A DNA stretch of 64,000 nt from Spironucleus salmonicida (taxonomy: Eukaryota): assembly GCF_000497125.1 (NCBI RefSeq), contig NC_090597.1, positions 445,797 to 509,796 on the forward strand. Reading direction: 5' to 3'. Each line of letters opens with the position of its first letter. The stretch's first letter is position 1. Shown here one piece after another: positions 26,892 to 40,237 of the stretch. Below the pieces are notes generated by a model. That model worked only from the letters and a program-made list of their open reading frames with translations. It searched no databases and had not been told where the DNA came from. The translations under genes were made by a program, and so were the position numbers.

Positions 26892-28691
26892 ATGTCCGTC
26901 TTCACATGCCCAGATAACATCTGCCCATTCGGCACTGTTTGCCCAACTGCTACGCCAGACGGGTCCCAGACTACCTGTAAAGCGTGCGACCGCTTCAAAT
27001 GCGGAATCTGCGATCCCGAGAACACGGCAGTTTGCATCGGCTGCCCCCCTGGCAAGTTTCTGGTGGACAATAGCTGCGAATACTGCTCTTTCGGCTGCGA
27101 GAGTTGCTCAGACAGCAAACACTGCATGAAGTGCGAACCGGGCAGGTTCCTCGAAGACAATTACTGCTCAACGTGCGGTCCAGATTGCGATTCGTGCGCC
27201 TCTAGCACGGTATGTAATACCTGCAAACAGGGCTACTTTTTGACACCTGACCACACTTGCTAGAAATGCGTCGCCGGGTGCGCGGAGTGCTAGATGCCAT
27301 AGCAGTGCACCAGGTGCGCGTCCGGGTTCCACTCCGTGGGCCAGACGTGCTAGCCCTGCCAGGAGAGGTGTGAAGAGTGCTCTAGCAGCACGAATTGCAC
27401 GAGATGCGCGCCCTCAGCCAGCCTCAAAAACAGCCTATGCGTATCCTGCGTACCGCACTGCGCCAAATGCTCAGAGTCTGGCAGTTGTGTAACCTGCGGA
27501 GACGGCTACGTCCTATAAAACTCCACCTGCGTGTCATGCGGGCCGCACTGCCGCGCCTGCAGCGCCGTTGGCGAGTGCCTGCTCTGCGAGAAGGACTACA
27601 CGCTAGCAGTTCGTGGCGATGAGACGATATGCCGCTACACCGAATGCGACAAGTTGAACCCATGCAAGACCGGGAAGTACTGCCTCGCGGAGCGCGGCGG
27701 CAACTACTGCTTCACGCTGGAGCCGAACTGCATCGCGCTGAGCGGTTTCCGCGTCTGCAGCCAGTGCGCCCCCCACTACGCAAGCTACATGAACGGATGC
27801 GAGAAGTGCGCGCCCAACTGCGAGTACTGCTTGAATGACCGCGTGTGCCAGAACTGCTTCGAGCGCTACTTTGTGAACGAAAAAAGCATCTGCGAGCGGT
27901 GTGCGCCAGGGTGCAAATTCTGCGTCAACGGCGCGACATGCTACGAGTGCCTCCCCGGGTACGCGCTCGCGGACGGCATCTGCGAAAAGCTGGAGAAAAG
28001 CGAGTGCCGCAGCAGCACGGATTGCCCTACCCAGAGCTTCTGCCTCTAAATTCCTCAGTTTTCGAGCTGCGAGACGTGCATTGCCAACTGCGAGAGGTGC
28101 TCCAGCTTCAACACCTGCGAGGTTTGCGCGCCGGGATTCGTCTTCCAGAATAATGCCTGCGTGCGCTGCCCGTCAGGCTGCGCCAGTTGCTACGACGCAG
28201 ACACGTGTGTTCAGTGCGATCGCGGGTATACTTTTGACGCTAATTTTGTGTGCGAGAAGTGTACGAGCGCAGCATCATGTGAGGCGTGCGAGAGCGGCTA
28301 CTAGCTGCAGAACGGCTCTGAGTGCGTCTATCGCGGGTGCGCAGGCGAGAAGCAGTGCGGAGTTGGCGAGTTCTGCGAGGCGACTAATAACGTAGAGCAG
28401 TGTTAGGATTGTGAGACTGGCTGCGGGGGCTGTTTGGCCCGTGAAACTTGCAATTGGTGCGAGATTGGCTATCAGCTTGTCGATGGAAGATGCGAACAGT
28501 CCGTTCAAAAGGCAAGTGCTGGAGTGGCTTGGCTATTAACTGCTGTGATAAGTGTCATTGTTGCATGCATTGTGGGAGGGGTTGCTTACTTAGTTGTGAA
28601 GATGGGTAAAAATAAGGCGTTAAGGATGGGAATATAGAAAGACTTATATGAAGAAAACAGTGGTATTAGGACGCAATAACCATAAGAGTGA
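26892..28691 (+). CDS. Cysteine-rich membrane protein, array copy 3
   Basis: Near-identical to 20849-22648. Confidence 0.9.
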
Positions 28692-29912
28692 CCGGGATAA
28701 GTACCTTAGGCTATATCAAAGTAACTCAGAAAATGCTGTTGTTTTTGGGAGCAGGCTATCCGTGCCAAGCCTAGTTATTTATGCACCAAATGTGTTATTT
28801 GAATCATTCAACTAAATACATGAAAAGGATACGGGTGACTAGTTTAAGCGTAGAAGCTGACTAATTTTATAATAAAATCACAATATTACTACTTAGATTT
28901 CAAATGCTTTGAGGTTATGTTTAATAACAATATTAAATGTTATGCTTAAAAATTGGGCGTATTAAAGTGATAAAGCTTTTGATTTAGACACGAAAATCCG
29001 TAAAGAAATACTTTAAATTAATTTTATAGAGCGTATAGAAAATCATTATAAAACTCTTGCCTTGTGAGGATTATAGTCACCTTAATCTTTTATAATTTCA
29101 TCAGAACTTTTGAACTATACAGTATTACGTAACCCTACCAAAAGTAGGGCTCGGCCGGCTTCGGTTTAAACAACGGAAAGTCATGGCTCTGGTCGCAACG
29201 CGGTCATAAAAATGACTGTGGCGGTTTTGAAACTGGAGAGTACTGGTTCCTGTTTTTACTGATTACTCAAAATCATACTTTCTATATACCTAAAACAAAA
29301 TTGTCGGAATAGTAAAATTATTATGCCAAATTTAATTACATGTATTATAAATCATACCAATTAGTCTGTCATTTTATTAGATGTGCGAGATAATTTATTA
29401 AATGTTACAATGAAGCATAATAATACATCTACTGTTATAAGTATTGATTTAAACTATATATATATAAACTAAAATTATTAAAATATATATAGCACCAATA
29501 AATAAAAATATATGCATTTAGTTTCTTTTTACATAATTAGTTATTCTTACTAATTATAATTTTAAAAATTTAGTTTTTAATATTTACTATTATATATTTA
29601 TTCACTAGTTAGAATTATTAATTAAACTTATTATCAATTTATATTATCTGCAATATATTTTACTACGAAGATTTACCGTAAAATTTATTCAATATACTAT
29701 TAAACCCCTAGCATATTCAAATGATTGCAAATTTTATTCGATCTGCGCTTATATTCCCTAATATCAACAAAAACACCTTTCCACTTGTTGCAGTTTTTAT
29801 TTACTAATAACTAATTGCCAATTGCGTTCTATAGTGTAGTTGAATATATCCTAAAAATAACTCTGCTAATTTAGTACTTTCGCGCGTTATTAGTTTCCGA
29901 AGTCATTTTAAA

Positions 29913-31712
29913 ATGTCCGTCTTCACATGCCCAGATAACATCTGCCCATTCGGCACTGTTTGCCCAACTGCTACGCCAGACGGGTCCCAGACTACCTGTA
30001 AAGCGTGCGACCGCTTCAAATGCGGAATCTGCGATCCCGAGAACACGGCAGTTTGCATCGGCTGCCCCCCTGGCAAGTTTCTGGTGGACAATAGCTGCGA
30101 ATACTGCTCTTTCGGCTGCGAGAGTTGCTCAGACAGCAAACACTGCATGAAGTGCGAACCGGGCAGGTTCCTCGAAGACAATTACTGCTCAACGTGCGGT
30201 CCAGATTGCGATTCGTGCGCCTCTAGCACGGTATGTAATACCTGCAAACAGGGCTACTTTTTGACACCTGACCACACTTGCTAGAAATGCGTCGCCGGGT
30301 GCGCGGAGTGCTAGATGCCATAGCAGTGCACCAGGTGCGCGTCCGGGTTCCACTCCGTGGGCCAGACGTGCTAGCCCTGCCAGGAGAGGTGTGAAGAGTG
30401 CTCTAGCAGCACGAATTGCACGAGATGCGCGCCCTCAGCCAGCCTCAAAAACAGCCTATGCGTATCCTGCGTACCGCACTGCGCCAAATGCTCAGAGTCT
30501 GGCAGTTGTGTAACCTGCGGAGACGGCTACGTCCTATAAAACTCCACCTGCGTGTCATGCGGGCCGCACTGCCGCGCCTGCAGCGCCGTTGGCGAGTGCC
30601 TGCTCTGCGAGAAGGACTACACGCTAGCAGTTCGTGGCGATGAGACGATATGCCGCTACACCGAATGCGACAAGTTGAACCCATGCAAGACCGGGAAGTA
30701 CTGCCTCGCGGAGCGCGGCGGCAACTACTGCTTCACGCTGGAGCCGAACTGCATCGCGCTGAGCGGTTTCCGCGTCTGCAGCCAGTGCGCCCCCCACTAC
30801 GCAAGCTACATGAACGGATGCGAGAAGTGCGCGCCCAACTGCGAGTACTGCTTGAATGACCGCGTGTGCCAGAACTGCTTCGAGCGCTACTTTGTGAACG
30901 AAAAAAGCATCTGCGAGCGGTGTGCGCCAGGGTGCAAATTCTGCGTCAACGGCGCGACATGCTACGAGTGCCTCCCCGGGTACGCGCTCGCGGACGGCAT
31001 CTGCGAAAAGCTGGAGAAAAGCGAGTGCCGCAGCAGCACGGATTGCCCTACCCAGAGCTTCTGCCTCTAAATTCCTCAGTTTTCGAGCTGCGAGACGTGC
31101 ATTGCCAACTGCGAGAGGTGCTCCAGCTTCAACACCTGCGAGGTTTGCGCGCCGGGATTCGTCTTCCAGAATAATGCCTGCGTGCGCTGCCCGTCAGGCT
31201 GCGCCAGTTGCTACGACGCAGACACGTGTGTTCAGTGCGATCGCGGGTATACTTTTGACGCTAATTTTGTGTGCGAGAAGTGTACGAGCGCAGCATCATG
31301 TGAGGCGTGCGAGAGCGGCTACTAGCTGCAGAACGGCTCTGAGTGCGTCTATCGCGGGTGCGCAGGCGAGAAGCAGTGCGGAGTTGGCGAGTTCTGCGAG
31401 GCGACTAATAACGTAGAGCAGTGTTAGGATTGTGAGACTGGCTGCGGGGGCTGTTTGGCCCGTGAAACTTGCAATTGGTGCGAGATTGGCTATCAGCTTG
31501 TCGATGGAAGATGCGAACAGTCCGTTCAAAAGGCAAGTGCTGGAGTGGCTTGGCTATTAACTGCTGTGATAAGTGTCATTGTTGCATGCATTGTGGGAGG
31601 GGTTGCTTACTTAGTTGTGAAGATGGGTAAAAATAAGGCGTTAAGGATGGGAATATAGAAAGACTTATATGAAGAAAACAGTGGTATTAGGACGCAATAA
31701 CCATAAGAGTGA
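29913..31712 (+). CDS. Cysteine-rich membrane protein, array copy 4
   Basis: Near-identical to 20849-22648. Confidence 0.9.
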
Positions 31713-32991
31713 CCGGGATAAGTACCTTAGGCTATATCAAAGTAACTCAGAAAATGCTGTTGTTTTTGGGAGCAGGCTATCCGTGCCAAGCCTAGTTATT
31801 TATGCACCAAATGTGTTATTTGAATCATTCAACTAAATACATGAAAAGGATACGGGTGACTAGTTTAAGCGTAGAAGCTGACTAATTTTATAATAAAATC
31901 ACAATATTACTACTTAGATTTCAAATGCTTTGAGGTTATGTTTAATAACAATATTAAATGTTATGCTTAAAAATTGGGCGTATTAAAGTGATAAAGCTTT
32001 TGATTTAGACACGAAAATCCGTAAAGAAATACTTTAAATTAATTTTATAGAGCGTATAGAAAATCATTATAAAACTCTTGCCTTGTGAGGATTATAGTCA
32101 CCTTAATCTTTTATAATTTCATCAGAACTTTTGAACTATACAGTATTACGTAACCCGTACCAAAAGTAGGGCTCGGCCGGCTTCGGTTTAAACAACGGAA
32201 AGTCATGGCTCTGGTCGCAACGCGGTCATAAAAATGACTGTGGCGGTTTTGAAACTGGAGAGTACTGACTCATGTTTTTGGGATGAGTTAGTTACTACTT
32301 CATTATATATTCTATGGTTTCTCATAGTAGGAATTACTAATACTACACTGTGATGTTAAAAAATCGTTATTTGCATCAATAAAAGTATCAATTGATTTAA
32401 TCGTATTATTAAAGCTTATATTTATATCTTATTGAAAACATATTCTACTATTACTATACTTAAACTTCAAAAGGCTGAATTATTGCATAATTAAATATGC
32501 TGATTTTTATATATTAGAAATTGAATAGGGTTATTTTTAATACAAAATATAACATTAAATAGATATTGATGTACGAAATAATATTAATGTTATCTTAGAT
32601 CATGTAAAGTTGCTCTATTTTTAGAAAATTGCATGAATTTATGGCAGTAGTCTGATTAATCTTGAACATTTTAAAAAAATATGTAATGTGGATTGTTGAC
32701 AAAGAACTATACGAATTATTAGATATGACATCCTAGAGGATAGTAAATATGAATTTCTAATTCATTAATATAATAGAAGGTCAATAATATAATTTAGATT
32801 TAACATTAAAATTGTATGCAAGAAAATTGATCACATATTATATAGAAATATACATAATTGATGAAATACCCTGTTTTTGATATAAATAATACTTTTATTT
32901 CTATATAATATAACTACATATCTAACAATAAGTTTCTCTATTTACTAATATTATACAACTTTACCAAATCTGTATTACACAACTTAGTAAA

Positions 32992-35900
32992 ATGACTGCA
33001 GTGTGTCCAAAAGATTATGTATAAGCTGTAGACAGAGAAGGATACAAAGAATGCTATCCTGACGTATGTATAGATTCTAATAAGAAGGTATGCTCAGACT
33101 AGGGACTTTGCCTTACAAACAAGGCCGGTAAAACGTCTTGCTACTGTGACAAGAATTTAGATCCAACTTAAAAGTGTTCGGTTTGTGCGAATGGCCTAGA
33201 ACCAGTGGATGGTGTATGCTCGTACGCGGGATGCCTTATTGATGGAAAAATCTGCTCTGACAACGGAAGCTGTACTAATAGTATTTGCTCCTGCGCCAAC
33301 AATTTTGACCCTGCATCAAAATGCTCAAAATGCGCTGAAAATGATATAATTGTCGAAATTTAAGGAAAATAACTATGCACAAAGGCGAGCTGTCTTAGCG
33401 CCGATGGCAGGATTTGCGCCAATATAGGATCCTGCGAGAATGGAACTTGCCAGTGTTTTGAGGGCTATGACAGTGCCAGCTAATGCTAAAATTGCAATGC
33501 CGAGTATACGAAATTAGCTAACTATTGTATCCACAACAACTGCGTAAATGGCGAAAAGGTCTGCAACAACGACGGGCACTGCGATAAGAACAAAGAATGT
33601 ATCTGCAGAGAAAAGTACGACCCGGCAAAATAGTGCTCTGAATGTATGGACGGCTATGCGGAAATAGACTAAGGCGGCGTCAAGACGTGCTAGATGGCTG
33701 GTTGTGTCGTAAATAAAACAATATGCAACAACATAGGGGCCTGCTCTAGAGATAAATGCTCGTGTTAAAAAAAGTTTGATCCAGCAACTAAGTGTACGTC
33801 ATGTTAAGACGGTTTAAGCGTGTTTGATGGAGCTTGTATATCTAATTCTTGTATAACGGGGAAGAATATTTGTAACGGTAATGGTAGCTGCTCTTCAAAC
33901 AAATGCAGGTGCACAAACAATTTTGATCCTTAGAACCAGTGCTCGAGCTGCCTGGCAAATAACACGTTATTGGATGGAATTTGTGTTCCTACCCCTTGCA
34001 TTTCAGGTAAAACAACTTGCAGCAACAAGGGGACCTGCTCTTCAAATAAATGCAGGTGCAGAAATAATTTGGACCCCACCCAAAAATGTTCTGCGTGTGT
34101 TGCAGGGAAAGAGTTGATAAATGAAGACTGCGTTGCCACTGCCTGTATTATCTCTGGCAAGATTTGCAGCGGAAACGGGACCTGCACGAATGACGCCTGC
34201 TAGTGCAACGAAAACTTTGGCACGAACTGCGCGGCTTGTCTTGAGAACTTCACTTTGTCAGGTGGGAAATGTATAGCAAATGCCTGTATTGGCGACGATA
34301 AATTAGTTTGCGGCGGGACCGGGACTTGCTCTTAAAATAAATGCAAGTGCACAAATAATTTTGATCCTGATAAACAGTGTTCTAAATGTATGGACGAAAC
34401 CACGTTATTGGGTGGAATTTGTATTCCCACTCCTTGTGTTTTAGGTGATACAATTTGCAGCAACAAAGGGAGCTGCACGAAAAATGTATGCATCTGCAAG
34501 AATAATTTTGATCCTGATAACCAGTGCTCTAGCTGCCTGGCAAATAATACACTATTGGGCGGCATTTGTATTCCGACTCCTTGTGTTTTAGGTGATACAA
34601 TTTGCAACAACAAGGGGACCTGTAGGAATAATGCGTGCGTCTGCACAAACAATTTGGACCCCACCAAAAAATGTTCCGCGTGTACTGCAGATAAATAGTT
34701 AGTAAATGATGACTGCGTTGCCACTGCCTGTATTATCTCTGGCGTGATTTGCAGCGGAAACGGGACCTGCACGAATAACTCCTGTTAGTGCGGTCCTGGT
34801 TTTAAGCCTTAATGCGAAGGCTGCAAAGACGGTCTACAGATGGTCAATATTGACGATAAGAACGTTTGCACGGCCAGCGAGTGCCTCAAAGAAGGTGTTA
34901 TTTGTGCCAACAACGGGACCTGCGATTTAGATAAGAAAACCTGTAACTGCAAAGAAAACTTCGGCACGGACTGCGCGACTTGTCTCACGGGCTTCACTTT
35001 GGTAGATTAAAAATGTATAGCAAGTGCCTGCGTTGACGACGATAACTTAATTTGCGGCGGGAACGGGACCTGCAAAGATAACACCTGCGCTTGCTCCGGC
35101 AACCAAGATCTAGCATAAAAGTGCAAAACGGGAATTTGTGCTACTGACTTCACTCTGGTAAGTGACGCATGCGTCTCAAATACTTGCCTAAAAGATAATA
35201 TCATTTGCAACAATCACGGAAATTGCACCAAGAACAAATGCGTCTGCTCCACTGGATATTCCGGCACACAATGTGTAGACTGTGCAAAGAATTACAGCAA
35301 GGCCGGAGCTGAGTGTTTCTCTACAAATTGTGTCGACTCAGGTACTGTATGCAACTCTTAAGGTAGATGTGCAAACTCATTTTTTTCCACGAGTTGCTAA
35401 TGCAAAGGCTGGCTTGAACCCAAGTCAAAATGCAAAGACTGTGGTAAGAGCCTTGCTTCTTTAGGAGCAGACGGAAAACCCAATCCGATTCGTTGCATTC
35501 CCAAAATCTGCAGGGACTGCGACACGACTGCGGAGAACTCAACTTCAACGAAAATCTGTGACGTTGCTATAGCGACAACAGAATGCGGTGGGCTTGGTGC
35601 CTGTGTTAACGACCCCGTTGCAGCGGTTGCCGGCTTCCTTGTCCCAAAATGCTCGTGCAAAAGTGAAAATATGGAGAATTTTTGTTTAGGCTGCAAGGCA
35701 ACCTTTATCCTCCACACGTATCCTGACAAGAGATTCATTTGCGCCCCTAACACCTGCTCCACGGACTGTCCCGATTCCAACTGCCTGTTCGACCGTGTCC
35801 TGAAAAAGTTCGTCTGCAGGTGCCCCACGAACTACGATCCCGCGAAAGGCTGCTCGGACTGTCTGAACCACTTTGACATCAAGTCGAACTGCCTCAACTG

Positions 35901-36297
35901 CAAGGCCGGCTTTTCCGAGAAGTCCGCCTGCCGCACCTGTAACTACGGCTACAGGCCGAACGCCCAGACCGGCTTCTGCGATTCCTGCCACCCCGGATTC
36001 GACATCTAGCAGGACTGCAAGCAGTGCCTGGGCGGGCTCACCATCAGGAGCCGCTGCAAGCGCTGCGAGAACGGGTTCGCGTTCGACGGTGAGTCTTGCG
36101 TGAGCAACCTTCAGGGCTCGGTAGCCATTTTCGTCGTTGTCGGCGTCGTCATCGCGCTTACGCTCGTCATCACGATCGGAGTGTTCGTGGTCAAGTATTT
36201 GAGGAAGAAAAACGAGATAAGGTTCATGGCCCTGGAGCAGGAAGCGCAGGAGCTCAACGAGAGCATGCGCATGAACGAGTACAATACCGACATTTGA
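32992..36297 (+). CDS. Cysteine-rich membrane protein (EGF-like modules), 1101 aa; inverted paralog of 1328-4339
   Basis: ATG at 32992 (MTAVCPKDYVQAVDREG), 3306-nt frame, and nearly the same TM and tail (YLRKK...MNEYNTDI*). Confidence 0.9.
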
Positions 36298-36508
36298 GGC
36301 GAATGATACTATTGGAGCCTCACTATTTCTTAATTTAGGTATAAATAAGATATATATCCTAAACTTTAAAAATACTTGATAATTTTATTGTTCTCAATAG
36401 TTAAAGGTGATTTTCAACTTTGGCATTAAAAAATAAAATATTACATTAGCGATATTATATTACTATAGCCTAATAAATATTAACATTTACTTCCATTCCA
36501 AAATTTAC

Positions 36509-38614
<2,106 letters not shown>

Positions 38615-38711
38615 TATTTTCAGTTTTTCTAAGCTTTTTTATAGTATATGTAAGTGAGAGTGCAATGCTCTCCATGTTCCAAATACTGATCGGAGATAGA
38701 AGTTTTATATA

Positions 38712-38998
38712 TTCGTTCGTGATCCCTTTAGAGTTCGGTCGCCCAAGGGCTGTTTCGTCCGTCCGCTTCCGCTAACAATACGCCTTTAAATTGATCATAA
38801 ATAATAACCTCTTGTGAATTATGTTTTGAAAAAAATTAAGGGGTCGTGTTACCAAAAGCTGACCTAGCGGCGGGATAGTATCTACCGGGCTCCTTTTTTA
38901 TTTGATTTGATTTCTTGTGGGTACTTTTGGTCAAAAATCCGGCGCTTGGGCGGCCCGCCCCTCCCCCAATCTCTAAAGAGATCAAGGGTTTGAACGGA
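38712..38998 (+). other. Non-coding fold-back segment (candidate structured RNA or MITE-like remnant)
   Basis: Nested complementary pairs: 38712-19/38991-98, 38720-33/38971-84, 38737-47/38946-56 and 38851-58/38924-31. Confidence 0.4.
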
Positions 38999-39420
38999 CC
39001 ACTTCATTTGTAATTTATATCAAATATCGAGAAATCAATTAATACTTACGGATTAAAATCGTAGTTTTTTTTGATTTTTTAATTAAAAATTCCGAAAGAT
39101 CAATAAAACAGCATTGGTGGGTTTTAAAGGGTGTCCTAACTACTCCATGTTTGATAAATAGCGACCACGACGAGTGATTAAAGAGGTTTTTTTTAATTGT
39201 GTATGTGATTTTGAGTGTATAAAAATGGGATATAATTTAAGCGATTTAATTTTGCTTAATGCGATCCGGCCGGAAACAAATCTCTAAGGTGATCGCTTTC
39301 CGGGTTTCTTGTAATGTTATTTTGATAAGTTATTCTGTTTTTATTTTATAATTTAATCTTTATGTTTGTTGATCATTTAATTAATCAAATGTACCTTTGA
39401 TTGTACTCGATGAATCTAGT

Positions 39421-39582
39421 AGTAAGTAATACTTAGGTAAAGTATGATGTTGTTGTTTTAAATTTGAAAACAGAAAGCCATGGTTTATGGTCGCAACGCG
39501 GGCATAAACAATGACCTGACGAGTTTGAAATTGGAGATTACAAGATCATGGTTTTAGTATGTAGTACTTACTACTTGATATT
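39421..39582. repeat. Diverged dispersed copy of the array-boundary element
   Basis: GAAAGCCATGG...GGTCGCAACGCGG-CATAAA...TTTGAAATTGGAGA...TCATG...TTACTACTT aligns by eye with 20059-20181 and 32150-32305. Confidence 0.75.
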
Positions 39583-39768
39583 TTCTTATGAGCTCTAGCG
39601 CTGGATCGCAGATTTGGGACGCTTTCAGCTTGAAATTTCGTCTAGATAAGCTGAATTGAATGCTTTCGATGAATTACATCACCTCATCGTGGTTTGCTGG
39701 GCTTCAAATTAGAGAAATTTGATTAGTTGATGCAAATGATGTATAATGACATAACGAAATAATAGATA

Positions 39769-40149
39769 TCACTCCTCTTATTTCTGCTCGACTTCTTCGG
39801 CAGCACCTTCGGTCTTGGGAGGAGCCATATTCTTGAAAATTTCCATTAACTACTACATGGACTGCTGCTGTCTCTGCTCGAAACGAGTGTCCTTAGAGGC
39901 ACGTTCCTTGTGCTCGCCACGAACGGACCAGATATTAGTTTGGGGGTTTCCCTGGAGGTTGGGCTTAGCGTATTCCACGCAGCGGTCACCCATATAAATG
40001 GTAACGTTTTCCATATCGAGATTCTTCATGTTGAAACCAGACAATGCGTCGGTTTACTAGATAAGCTTCGCCTAGGATGCGGGAACCTTGTTCGAGCGAG
40101 CCTGCTTAGCGGAGGATTACTTGATTTTAGAAATGAGCTTATTGTTCAT
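39769..40149 (-). CDS. BTF3: Nascent polypeptide-associated complex subunit (beta/BTF3-like), 126 aa
   Basis: MNNKLISKIKQ start; NAC-domain pattern MENVTIYMGDRCVEYAKPNLQGNPQTNIWSVRG; stop GAG-TGA. Confidence 0.7.
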
Positions 40150-40237
40150 TCTTCGTGGAGAGGAAAAAATATTAGGAAAGGAAATAAAAAATTTTTAATA
40201 TTAGAAATTATATAATAATGATATATTTATTTTCCAC

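Larger units (their letters stand above)
20064..32267. repeat. Tandem array: 4 units of 3021-3022 bp plus a terminal fifth copy of a 118-bp boundary repeat
   Basis: Units start at 20064, 23086, 26108 and 29129; the boundary sequence GTAACCC(G)TACCAAAAG...GGAGAGTACTG recurs at 32150-32267. Units differ by only a few SNPs. Confidence 0.97.

Noticed and set aside
20064-32267. CRISPR array or LTR retrotransposon reading of the 118-bp repeats
   Set aside because: The intervening units are identical 2.9-kb gene cassettes, with no cas, RT or integrase and no TG...CA ends.
39516-39531. CTGACGAGTTTGAAA resembling a hammerhead ribozyme core
   Set aside because: No proper stems I, II or III, and the core is absent from the five related copies.
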